Part shown: positions 49,063 through 62,085 of the stretch, in pieces | Layout of the letters: each line of letters begins with the position of its first letter | Numbering within the stretch: the stretch's first letter is position 1 | Assembly (NCBI GenBank): GCA_027623675.1 | Contig: JAQBVF010000020.1 | Span: 1-64,000 of the forward strand | Direction: 5' to 3' | Source: Chloroflexota bacterium | GTDB lineage: Bacteria > Chloroflexota > Dehalococcoidia > Lucifugimonadales > UBA3495 | Length of the DNA stretch: 64,000 nucleotides | The notes under the pieces: model-generated | The model's input: the letters and a program-made list of their open reading frames with translations, nothing else | Databases searched by the model: none | Told to the model about the DNA's origin: nothing | Program-made: the position numbers and the translations under genes

Positions 49063-49122
49063 GTAACAAAGGATTAACAATCTGGAAACATTCGTGTAAC
49101 AGTTACGAAACCGTCTGGAAAT
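49063..49122 (+). promoter_or_regulatory. Phased GlnR-like (OmpR-type) operator array upstream of amt1
   Basis: GTAAC, TTAAC, GAAAC, GTAAC, GAAAC and GAAAT start at 49063, 49074, 49085, 49096, 49107 and 49118 (exact 11-bp period); a TAGACT -10-like box lies at 49133. Confidence 0.75.
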
Positions 49123-49154
49123 ATACGGCGCTTAGACTACCTTCCGAAACCTAG

Positions 49155-49205
49155 TGGGATTAGCCATTTGGGATTAGCCATTTGGGATTAGCCATTTGGG
49201 ATTAG
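49155..49205 (+). repeat. 14-bp tandem repeat (TGGGATTAGCCATT x3.6) in the amt1 leader
   Basis: Copies start at 49155, 49169, 49183 and 49197; the last merges into the AGGAGGA RBS. Confidence 0.9.
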
Positions 49206-49214
49206 GAGGAACCA

Positions 49215-50582
49215 ATGTTAGTCGAGACAGCGCCTCTGTCCGGGGCCGGACAATCGAATGGGGCACGGTTGCTGCGACGGTCTCTGCCCTTCGTCATCGC
49301 CGGGTTGGTGGCCGTGTCGCTCATCGCGGCGTACAACGTAGCATTTGCCCAGGACATCACTTCCGACGCGGATAAATTGGACCAGGAGGCCAACATCATC
49401 TGGATGTTGGGCGCGTTCTTGGTCTTCTTCATGCAGGCGGGGTTCGCTTTCCTTGGCGCCGGTCTGATCCGGGCCAAGAACACCACCAACTACATGACCA
49501 AGAGCTTCATGGACTTCGCCATCGCGTCGTTGTCTTTCTGGGCCTTTGGTTTCGCGTTGATGTGGGGAACATCGGCCGCCGGAATTGCCGGCAACACCAA
49601 CTATTTCCTGACCGACGCGGCTGACGGACAGACATATGTCGACTTTGTTTTCCAGATGGTCTTTGCCGGGACCGCCGCCACCATCGTGGCTGGTGCGGTG
49701 GCCGAGCGGACAAAAACCCAAGCCTACCTGGCTTATAGCTTCATCATCGGCGCGATCATCTACCCGCTGTACGGCCACTGGGTCTGGGGCGGTGGCTGGT
49801 TGGGTTCCCTGAGCGAGATCGACCTTCCTGCGGCGGCCGACTACGCCGGTTCCGGTGTTGTGCACGCCGTGGGTGGCTTCGTCGCTCTGGCGGGCGCGGT
49901 TGTCGTGGGCCCACGGACCGGCAAGTTCAACGCTGACGGCACCTCCAATGTGATTTCAGGGCATAACGTGCCCTACGTGGTGATCGGAACGTTCATCCTG
50001 TTCTTCGGTTGGTTCGGGTTCAACATCAACACCGGCGACTCCATCGGTCTGAACGCCATCAACACCCTGTTGGCCGGCGCAACCGGCGCGGTGGTCGCCC
50101 TGTACATCCAATTGATCCGGACCGGCAAGACCGACATCCTGATGGCCTGTAACGGCGCATTGGCCGGTCTGGTAGGCATCACCGCCCCGGTGGCGTTCGT
50201 GGAGCCGTGGTCCGCGGTGGTCATCGGCGCCATAGCCGCGCCGATCATGATGGGCTCATTGATATTGATCGAACGGGTTCTCAAGATTGACGACCCGGTC
50301 GGCGCTATCTCCGTCCATGGGGTGACCGGACTATGGGGCCTGTTGGCGGTGGGAATATTCGCCAACGGCAACAACGGTGTTGTCGGCCTCGTGGAAGGAG
50401 AGGTCAAGCAGCTCCTCTCCCAGTTGATCAGCATGGGGGTGGTGTTGGCCTGGGGCCTGGTTACCGGCTTCGCCCTCTTCCTGCTGCTCAAATTCACCAT
50501 GGGCGTCCGCGCCACTCCGGAAGAAGAGATGGAAGGGCTGGACATTGCAGAGCATTCTCTGCCCGCCTACGGCGACGACTAA
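49215..50582 (+). CDS. amt: Ammonium transporter (Amt), first paralog
   Basis: MQAGFAFL, FQMVFA, HWVWGGG, DYAGSGVVH, GWFGFN and DDPVGAISVHG (twin His). Confidence 0.93.
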   Translation: MLVETAPLSGAGQSNGARLLRRSLPFVIAGLVAVSLIAAYNVAFAQDITSDADKLDQEANIIWMLGAFLVFFMQAGFAFLGAGLIRAKNTTNYMTKSFMDFAIASLSFWAFGFALMWGTSAAGIAGNTNYFLTDAADGQTYVDFVFQMVFAGTAATIVAGAVAERTKTQAYLAYSFIIGAIIYPLYGHWVWGGGWLGSLSEIDLPAAADYAGSGVVHAVGGFVALAGAVVVGPRTGKFNADGTSNVISGHNVPYVVIGTFILFFGWFGFNINTGDSIGLNAINTLLAGATGAVVALYIQLIRTGKTDILMACNGALAGLVGITAPVAFVEPWSAVVIGAIAAPIMMGSLILIERVLKIDDPVGAISVHGVTGLWGLLAVGIFANGNNGVVGLVEGEVKQLLSQLISMGVVLAWGLVTGFALFLLLKFTMGVRATPEEEMEGLDIAEHSLPAYGDD

Positions 50583-50616
50583 CACTCAGGTTAGTCCAAC
50601 AGCCTTGACCGGAGAT

Positions 50617-50652
50617 GCCGCTAGGGGGGTCCGTCGTTCCCCTAGCGGCTTT
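50617..50652 (+). terminator. Hairpin, probable terminator after amt1
   Basis: GCCGCTAGGGG/CCCCTAGCGGC stem followed by TTT. Confidence 0.6.
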
Positions 50653-50710
50653 CCGGCGTCTTAAGCAGCGTGAAATCTAACATCGCGGTTGGCCGGATGT
50701 TTGGCCGGAT

Positions 50711-50748
50711 GTAACAAACATTTAACAACTTGGCAAATTTTCTGTAAC
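50711..50748 (+). promoter_or_regulatory. Second phased GlnR-like operator array
   Basis: GTAAC 50711, TTAAC 50722, GCAAA 50733 and GTAAC 50744 (11-bp period); TAGACC at 50764. Confidence 0.65.
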
Positions 50749-50794
50749 AACTCGGACGCAAACTAGACCTAACACTAAATCGGAGGAAAGACCA

Positions 50795-50878
50795 ATGATT
50801 GCAATCGTTGCAGCAGGGGCATTTGTGGGGCTGTTCGGGATGTGGGTGGTTCTTCCTCGGATGTTCCTCCGCAAGTAA
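50795..50878 (+). CDS. Unannotated 27-aa single-TM peptide (MIAIVAAGAFVGLFGMWVVLPRMFLRK)
   Basis: Strong GGAGG RBS, ATG 50795 and TAA 50876-50878; hydrophobic helix plus basic tail; directly after the GlnR-like array. Confidence 0.7.
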   Translation: MIAIVAAGAFVGLFGMWVVLPRMFLRK

Positions 50879-51037
50879 TTCCGGCACAGGTGATTCCTGA
50901 GTCATCGGCGCAGGCACGGGTCCGCCCTGGCGCCGGCGCACCAAACAATACGTCAGGCCAGACAATCCATGCTAGCCGCTCCGGCGATGGCCTGGATTGT
51001 TTATTGTCTAAAGAAAAACGACGGCGGTGAAATAGGA

Positions 51038-52246
51038 ATGGATACGGGAGATACAGCTTGGATCCTGGCGGCCTCAGCGCTAGTGCTGCTGATGACGCCC
51101 GGAGTAGCATTTTTCTACGGTGGTCTGGTCCGTAAGAAGAACATCGTCTCAACCATCATGTACAGCTTCGTGAGCATGGGGCTGGTTGGGGTAGTATGGG
51201 TCCTCTGGGGCTACAGTTTGGCATTCGGCCCGGATGTGGGCGGGTTCATCGGAAACCTGGAGTGGTTCGGCCTGAAAGGTGTTTCGGCCGATGCCCCCGG
51301 CCCCTACTCAGACACGATTCCGCATCAGGCGTTCATGATCTTCCAGGCCATGTTCGCCATCATCACCCCGGCCTTGGTTACTGGCGCATTCGCCGAGCGC
51401 ATGAAATTTGGCGCTCTCTGCATCTTCATCGTTCTATGGGTGACCCTCGTCTATGCTCCGCTGGCCCACTGGGTCTGGGGCGGCGGGTGGCTGGGCGACG
51501 TTGGCGCGCTGGACTTCGCCGGCGGCACGGTGGTCCACATCAGCGCTGGTGTTGGCGCTCTGGCCGCGGCCCTGATCATAGGCCGCAGGATCGGGTTCCT
51601 GGAACAGCCCATGGGACCGGCCAACGTGCCGATGGTGGTTCTGGGCGCCGGCCTGCTGTGGTTCGGCTGGTTCGGCTTCAACGCCGGTAGCAGCCTATCA
51701 GCCGACGGTGTGGCAACCAACGCATTCGTGGTGACCAACACCGCCGCGGCCGCAGCCATGATGGCTTGGTTGATGATGTCGTGGCTGATCGACAAGAAAC
51801 CCAGCGCGGTGGGCGCGGCTTCCGGAGCGGTGGCGGGCCTGGTGGCCATCACGCCTGCAGCCGGCTTCGTCGGTCCCATGCCGGCATTGGTCATCGGCTT
51901 TGGCGCGGGCGTATTCTGCTACAGCATGGTCAAGTTGCTGCTTCGCCTCAGGGTAGACGACGCGCTGGCGGTGTTTGGCGTCCACGGCATCGGTGGCGTT
52001 TGGGGTGCGCTGGCCACCGGTCTCTTCGTTGGGGTGGGCTACTCGGCGCTGGGTGACGGCGTCAGCCGTGGGGAGCAGGTCGTTGACCAGTTGATCGGCA
52101 TCGGAGCGGCCGCCGGTTGGTCGTTCGTGGTGACTGGGGCCATCATGTTGGCCTTGAAATACACCATCGGGATCAGCGCCGACGAGGAGAGTGAGGGCGC
52201 AGGCCTGGATATCTCCGAACACGGTGAGGCGGCCTACGAGCCTTAG
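51038..52246 (+). CDS. amtB: Ammonium transporter AmtB, second paralog
   Basis: GDTAW, LMTPG.AFFYGG, DFAGGTVVH, GWFGFNAGS, DDALAVFGVHG and GLDISEHGEAAY. Confidence 0.95.
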   Translation: MDTGDTAWILAASALVLLMTPGVAFFYGGLVRKKNIVSTIMYSFVSMGLVGVVWVLWGYSLAFGPDVGGFIGNLEWFGLKGVSADAPGPYSDTIPHQAFMIFQAMFAIITPALVTGAFAERMKFGALCIFIVLWVTLVYAPLAHWVWGGGWLGDVGALDFAGGTVVHISAGVGALAAALIIGRRIGFLEQPMGPANVPMVVLGAGLLWFGWFGFNAGSSLSADGVATNAFVVTNTAAAAAMMAWLMMSWLIDKKPSAVGAASGAVAGLVAITPAAGFVGPMPALVIGFGAGVFCYSMVKLLLRLRVDDALAVFGVHGIGGVWGALATGLFVGVGYSALGDGVSRGEQVVDQLIGIGAAAGWSFVVTGAIMLALKYTIGISADEESEGAGLDISEHGEAAYEP

Positions 52247-52275
52247 CCGCCCGCTGGTTTCCAAGGGGGACGTCG

Positions 52276-52321
52276 AATGGGCAGTGTTGGCAAGACCGGT
52301 CAACACTGCCCATTATTTTTT
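52276..52321 (+). terminator. Intrinsic terminator between amtB and glnA
   Basis: 14-bp stem AATGGGCAGTGTTG/CAACACTGCCCATT followed by A and a T tract. Confidence 0.8.
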
Positions 52322-52448
52322 GAGGCGAGCGGCCGATCACGACGACGTGGCTGTGGTAAAGCCGGTATACTTAATCCCAGAAGGCGATCAGATTGCGGGG
52401 ACGCCGGCGGTAGCCGTCGGCCCGACTATCGAAGGACTGGTCTATAGG

Positions 52449-53792
52449 ATGAGCATGGACTCAGAGCGGGCTGCGGAGCGAGACTTCGTGGTGCGCACCG
52501 CCCGGGAGAATGACGTTAAGTTCATTCGATTGTGGTTCACCGACATTCTGGGCCATCTGAAGGGATTCGCGATCACCGTGGAGGACCTGGAAGACGCCAT
52601 CATGCATGGTGTGGGCTTCGACGGGGCCGCTATCGAAGGCTTCGCCCGCATCGATGAAAGCGACATGCGCGCCTTTCCCGACCCGACAACGTTCACCATC
52701 CTCCCCTGGCGTCCTCGGCAGAATGCCGTGGCCCGGATGTTTTGCGACATACGCACCCCGGCCGGCGAATCGTTCATCGGCGACCCTCGCTACGCTCTGA
52801 AACGTAACCTGGAACGCCTGGCCCGAAGCGGGTACACCTACTACGTGGGTCCCGAATTGGAATTTTTCTATCTAAAGGATTCTGTATCGGCCGAGCCGCT
52901 GGACCAGCAGGGCTATTACGACCAGGTTTCCAGCCATCCGGCGGCGAACCTGCGCCGGGACACGGTCTTGAATCTGGCCGACATGGGGATACCGGTTAAG
53001 TACTCCCACCACGAGGGCGCCCCCAGCCAGCACGAGATCGACCTGCAATACACCGATGCACTGACCATGGCCGACAACGTGATGACCGCCAAGCTGGTCA
53101 TCAAAGAACTGGCCCAATTGCAGTCGGCCTACGCCACGTTCATGCCCAAGCCGATCTCGGGGATGAACGGGTCTGGCATGCACATACACCAGTCGCTGTT
53201 CCAGGGTGACAAGAACACTTTCTTTGACCCCGATGATGAACACCACCTGTCGCTGACGGGCAAACGGTTCATCGCCGGTCTGTTGCACCACGCCCCGGAG
53301 ATCACCCTCGTAACCAACCAATGGGTCAACTCTTACAAACGCTTGGTTCCCGGGTTCGAGGCCCCGGCGTTCATATCTTGGGCCCACGTGAGCCGTTCCG
53401 ACCTGGTCCGCGTCCCCGCCCACAAGCCCGGCTACGAGAGCTCCATGCGCGTTGAATACCGCGCTCCGGACCCGGCCTGCAATCCATATCTGGCATTCAG
53501 CGTAATGTTGGCGGCCGGCTTCAAGGGCATCGAGCAGGAATACCCGGTGCCGCCCGCGGTGGAAGGCAACGTGTTCGCAATGTCGGCGGAAGAGCGCGCG
53601 GCCAAGGGAATCAGATCCCTGCCCGGCAGTCTGGGCGAGGCGATCGCGTTGGCTGAAGGCAGTGAGTTGCTCAAGGAGGCGTTGGGCGAACATATCGTCC
53701 GCAGCGTCATCCAGAACAAGACCATGGAGTGGAACGAATACCGGGCCACCGTGACCGACTACGAGACATCGAGGTATCTGCCGATCCTCTAG
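52449..53792 (+). CDS. glnA: Glutamine synthetase type I (alpha-type)
   Basis: FTDILG, FDG, GPELEF, HHE..PSQHE, ATFMPKP..GMNGSGMH, NSYKRLVPG and EYRAPDP. Confidence 0.9.
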   Translation: MSMDSERAAERDFVVRTARENDVKFIRLWFTDILGHLKGFAITVEDLEDAIMHGVGFDGAAIEGFARIDESDMRAFPDPTTFTILPWRPRQNAVARMFCDIRTPAGESFIGDPRYALKRNLERLARSGYTYYVGPELEFFYLKDSVSAEPLDQQGYYDQVSSHPAANLRRDTVLNLADMGIPVKYSHHEGAPSQHEIDLQYTDALTMADNVMTAKLVIKELAQLQSAYATFMPKPISGMNGSGMHIHQSLFQGDKNTFFDPDDEHHLSLTGKRFIAGLLHHAPEITLVTNQWVNSYKRLVPGFEAPAFISWAHVSRSDLVRVPAHKPGYESSMRVEYRAPDPACNPYLAFSVMLAAGFKGIEQEYPVPPAVEGNVFAMSAEERAAKGIRSLPGSLGEAIALAEGSELLKEALGEHIVRSVIQNKTMEWNEYRATVTDYETSRYLPIL

Positions 53793-53836
53793 CGGTTGTC
53801 ACTCGGATGACCAGGCGGAACGTGGTTGGTCTTTGC

Positions 53837-55798
53837 TTACTTGGCCGGCGAGACCTCGAGGGTGTATCCGGCTTGTTCCCGGGTCTTTTCGGCCAGCAAA
53901 CCCACGGCTACCACCAGCCGCTCACCGTCTTTTAGCGTGGGGAGTGCCAACACCCCGAAGTTGTCCGCATTCAGCGGCATCTGCCGCACCACGGGCGCAT
54001 CCCCAATGGTAATCACCTGGACCTGGAAATTCTGACGCACCACGTTGTCGGTGAACTCAAACCCCGAGGCATTCCAACCTGTGTCTTCACCCGTGATTCC
54101 CGCTGCCTCGATGGTTAGGCCGCGGAAGCAGGCCCCGCTTCCGTTGATGGCATCGTCGGTTATATATTGCAGCCGCACCAAGATGTCTCGGCCCGCGTAT
54201 GCGGTCAGGTCGATCGATTCCTCGACCCAACCACCGCTGTGGCCGGTGTAGCCGGGGCCGAACCCGCTGCCGATGGGGTTCTCTTGTGAGGTCGCGCTGG
54301 TTTCAAATATCCGCCAGGTATGTCCGCCGTCCACCGACACTTCGACGTAAGCGTAATCCCAGTCCTTTTCGATCTCGAACCAGACCTCGTACCGCAATGC
54401 GGCCTCTTCTCCGGCCGGCAGGCTGACCCGGCGGGCCAAAGTGGAATCGATGGAATCGCCCGAGTTGCTCCACCAACAGCCTGCGCCCACGTCGATGGGC
54501 AGCAATGGCGTTGTGGCCGGACCCTGAAAGGACAGGGATGAGCCCTCGGGGACCAACTTTAATTCGGTATATTCCACCCCGTACTGCGACAACCGTGACT
54601 CAAACTGACCAGACCCGTCGATTTTTCTGGATATATCTGCCCCGGCGCTCATGTCGGCGTAGCCCAAGATGCCAGCTCCGTCGATAATGTTGGCGGCCGC
54701 CCACTCCCGGAACACATCATCGAACCGCGCATCATAGCCGAGAGCGGCCAGGTAGCCGTTGATGCCCGCGATCCCGTCTTCCGGCTGGGCCAACAGGCGC
54801 TTGAGGCTGTCGCGGCCGCCGTAGTGCTCGGTCAAGAAGTGCATGAACAGAGACGCCGCGCCGTAGTTGCCGATGCTTCCGACGGACGAGAGCGGCCAGT
54901 GGACCAAAGACGTGGTTGGGTCACTTAGGTATTGACCGACCGAGAAGCGGGAATCGAAGGCGATGCTGCTGGATAGCTCAGCCAGTCCCTCATTGACCCA
55001 GGTGTCCTCTGAGTTGTCGGCATTCCAGTGGATCGCATGCTGAAGTTCATGGGCTAGGACCTGGTCGTAGTTCGCGGCGCCCGGCGGAACGCTAACCGCG
55101 TTGACGTAGATCATCTCGCGCTCGTTGCTTCTGGGCCTGACTGCGGCGGGATATTCGTCGGTGGAACTGAAATATCCGGCCACGCCCCTGATGCTCGCGT
55201 TCAGAATGTTTAGGTGAGGGTCATTGTCGATGCCTGGGCTCCATTCGGAGCCAAATACCTGGGTGACCGCCGGGTAGGTGTTTTCTTCAAACAGCGCCGC
55301 GGACCGTTCCAACCGCTCGCGGTCGATGTCCAGACCATATTCAACGTACCAATAGGCGCGAGGAGTGACTAGGACCAGCTCGAAATCGCTCTGATAGGCC
55401 CTGGGATTGGCCAGGTCCACCAGCCAAAATGTATCGGTCCGCCCCGCCTCTAATGGGACGCCGGACCCAGATGGTGTCCTGGAGATGCTGCCGCTGCCGG
55501 GCACGAGTTCTTCGGTCAGCCGGAACAGGTCCCGGTCGGGGGCATCGCTGAATTGAAGAGCGGGGCCTGCCTCGGCCGGGGTTGACGGGACCGCCGGCTG
55601 CGGCCCTGATGTGGGCGAAACGGCAATAGTTGGGAGATTTTGGTCCGGTGTGTCGGTGGCAGGAGGAGAGGCGGTCTCGGTGAATCCGGCGCTTGGGGTC
55701 ATGACGGTCGCAGCTTCACGGGACTGACCGGTACAAGCGGCAAGGCCCGCGGCGGCGAGAAGGATGGCGATGCAGATCAGGTATCTGGTTTTCGGCAT
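53837..55798 (-). CDS. Lipoprotein zinc metallopeptidase (immune inhibitor A / M6-M30-like)
   Basis: Lipobox LAAC, HELQH...NEGLAE zincin motif, and IEKDWDYAYVEVSVDGG C-terminal domain. Confidence 0.8.
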   Translation of the reverse strand: MPKTRYLICIAILLAAAGLAACTGQSREAATVMTPSAGFTETASPPATDTPDQNLPTIAVSPTSGPQPAVPSTPAEAGPALQFSDAPDRDLFRLTEELVPGSGSISRTPSGSGVPLEAGRTDTFWLVDLANPRAYQSDFELVLVTPRAYWYVEYGLDIDRERLERSAALFEENTYPAVTQVFGSEWSPGIDNDPHLNILNASIRGVAGYFSSTDEYPAAVRPRSNEREMIYVNAVSVPPGAANYDQVLAHELQHAIHWNADNSEDTWVNEGLAELSSSIAFDSRFSVGQYLSDPTTSLVHWPLSSVGSIGNYGAASLFMHFLTEHYGGRDSLKRLLAQPEDGIAGINGYLAALGYDARFDDVFREWAAANIIDGAGILGYADMSAGADISRKIDGSGQFESRLSQYGVEYTELKLVPEGSSLSFQGPATTPLLPIDVGAGCWWSNSGDSIDSTLARRVSLPAGEEAALRYEVWFEIEKDWDYAYVEVSVDGGHTWRIFETSATSQENPIGSGFGPGYTGHSGGWVEESIDLTAYAGRDILVRLQYITDDAINGSGACFRGLTIEAAGITGEDTGWNASGFEFTDNVVRQNFQVQVITIGDAPVVRQMPLNADNFGVLALPTLKDGERLVVAVGLLAEKTREQAGYTLEVSPAK

Positions 55799-55844
55799 GC
55801 TCGGCAGGTGCAACGAAAATGGGTGAGTTAGCGGGCGTTGGGGA

Positions 55845-56414
55845 TTAATTTCCTATCACGTTAAAGCGGTTCATGGCGACGTCTATGTTCTCTTCCAACA
55901 TGCATTGTACTGCGGCGGCCGCATCCTGGATCGCCTGGGCGATGAGCGGCTCTTCTTCTTTGGTGAACCGGCCCAGCACATGGGGTATGTTTTCGCCGGC
56001 CTGGCCCGGCTGGCCAACCCCGATTCGCAGACGTGGAAATTCTTCTGATTGTACGGATGCGATGATGGATCGGATGCCGTTGTGCCCCGCGTGACTGCCG
56101 CCCGTGCGGAGCCTGATCCGGCCAACTGGCAAGGCCATTTCGTCGTAGACCACCAGTAGGTCTGAAGGGCGTCCGCCGAACCGGGCCAACAGATATTCGA
56201 TCCCTTCACCGCTGTTGTTCATGAAGGTGCGTGGTTTCGCCAGCACCACATCGTGCCCGGCGATCCGCCCCTGGCCCAGGATGGCCTTTTCGCGCCGGTC
56301 GTTCAAGCGTATATCCGACTGTTTGGCGACCAGGTCAATGAACCGGAACCCCACGTTGTGCCGAGTCGAAGCGTAACGTGTGCCGGGATTGCCCAGGCCG
56401 ACGATGAGGAGCAT
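55845..56414 (-). CDS. pth: Peptidyl-tRNA hydrolase
   Basis: VGLGNPG, TRHNVGF, FMNNSG and GHNG. Confidence 0.96.
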   Translation of the reverse strand: MLLIVGLGNPGTRYASTRHNVGFRFIDLVAKQSDIRLNDRREKAILGQGRIAGHDVVLAKPRTFMNNSGEGIEYLLARFGGRPSDLLVVYDEMALPVGRIRLRTGGSHAGHNGIRSIIASVQSEEFPRLRIGVGQPGQAGENIPHVLGRFTKEEEPLIAQAIQDAAAAVQCMLEENIDVAMNRFNVIGN

Positions 56415-56416
56415 GT

Positions 56417-60516
<4,100 letters not shown>

Positions 60517-60853
60517 TTATAGTGAATTACCTGGCTGAGCACGATTATAATATATTCCCACCGTAGGTTCTCTCTAGAGGCGTCATCCTTATGTGGACTC
60601 CGTCCAACTGAGGATGACGCCCCGTCCACACCGGAGATTCTTCCATAACCGCACACGTCGCGGCCTCGATCCGAGATCGGATGCTGAACGATCACGGTTT
60701 CGACGTAGATACCGGAGATTGCTTACCCACAGGGGAAACGAATCGATACTAATTTCGCGCTCTGGCATCACGAGACAAGTCAGAGATACCAAACTCCCGG
60801 GGACTGGATCGAGGTTATGATTCCTCCAATAGCGAAGATAACAAGGAGCCGGA

Positions 60854-62023
60854 ATGGAAGTCGCTAGCCGTATGTTGCATCTGGGCACCGACGGAGCTTT
60901 CGAGATGTTAGCCCAGGCTCAGGCACTAGAATCCCAGGGTAAAGAGATCATCCATCTGGAGATTGGCGATCCCGACTTCCCAACTCCAAGGCACATCGTA
61001 GAGGCTGGCATGCAAGCGCTTCGCGACGGCATGACCCATTACAGCGCGACGGCCGGAATGCCGGAATTGCGGGAGGCGATCGCGTTAAACAGCCGCGAAA
61101 TCCGGGGGGGAGACACTGAACCGGGCAATGTGGTGGTGACGCCTGGGACCAAACCCTTGGTGCTATACCTGCTGCTTGCCCTGGCCGGACCCGGGGTTGA
61201 GATCATCTATCCAGACCCGGGAAACCCCGTATACGAGTCGCTGATTAGATTTGCCGGGGCCTCTCCAGTGCCGGTCCAACTCCTGGAGAAAAATGGCTAC
61301 CATCCAGATCTTGATGCCTTAGCCGGATCGATCACCGACAAAACTCGGGTCATGATTCTCAATTCCCCCGGTGATCCCTGCGGTTCAGTCCTGACCAAGC
61401 AAGAATCGGAAGCCATCGCAAGCCTGGTGCTGAAGCATCCTGAGCTGTACGTGTTGTCCGATGAGACTTACAAGGACACTCTCTACGCCGGGGAGCATCA
61501 CAGCATCTCGTCCATACCAGGGATGCGGGAACGGACGATCGTTCTAGACGGTTTCTCCAAGAATTACGCCATGGCTGGGTGGCGCTTGGGGTACGGGATA
61601 CTACCGGAAGAACTGGTGGCCCCCGTGGTTAAACTGGCTAACAACCACATCTCTTGCACGGCCACATTCACCCAACACGCAGGCGTGGCTGCGTTGGAGG
61701 GCCCTCAAGATTGCTTGCACGAAATGACCGCTGAATTCGCCAACCGGCGGCGGTTGATTGTGGATGGCTTAAAAAGCATCCCTGGCGTTGACTGCCCGGA
61801 GCCTGAAGGGGCGTTCTACGTCTTTCCAAGCGTCAAGAATACTGGGATGACCAGCACAGAATTCCAAAACCGAGCTTTGAATGAGGCCGGAGTCGCGCTG
61901 CTCTCGGGTGCGGGTTTCGGCGACTTGGGCGAGGGTTACGTTCGGCTTTCTTACGCGAACTCTCAGGAAAACATAATCAGGGCTATCGACCAGCTTGACC
62001 GGTTCGTGCGGTCGTCCACCTGA
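60854..62023 (+). CDS. PLP-dependent aminotransferase class I/II (aspartate aminotransferase-like)
   Basis: IGDPDF, SDETY and GFSKNYAMAGWRLG. Confidence 0.92.
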   Translation: MEVASRMLHLGTDGAFEMLAQAQALESQGKEIIHLEIGDPDFPTPRHIVEAGMQALRDGMTHYSATAGMPELREAIALNSREIRGGDTEPGNVVVTPGTKPLVLYLLLALAGPGVEIIYPDPGNPVYESLIRFAGASPVPVQLLEKNGYHPDLDALAGSITDKTRVMILNSPGDPCGSVLTKQESEAIASLVLKHPELYVLSDETYKDTLYAGEHHSISSIPGMRERTIVLDGFSKNYAMAGWRLGYGILPEELVAPVVKLANNHISCTATFTQHAGVAALEGPQDCLHEMTAEFANRRRLIVDGLKSIPGVDCPEPEGAFYVFPSVKNTGMTSTEFQNRALNEAGVALLSGAGFGDLGEGYVRLSYANSQENIIRAIDQLDRFVRSST

Positions 62024-62085
62024 GGCGGCATGTTTGATGGCCGGGTTTCCTTCGGACTGGGTCTGTAAGCTTTCCCTGTCGGTAT

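Noticed and set aside
49155..49205. CRISPR array
   Set aside because: The 14-bp units are directly adjacent with no spacers, and there are no cas genes.
52191..52448. N-terminal extension of glnA, or a glutamine riboswitch in this leader
   Set aside because: The extension overlaps amtB and a terminator, homology starts near 52449, and no glnA-motif consensus is visible.
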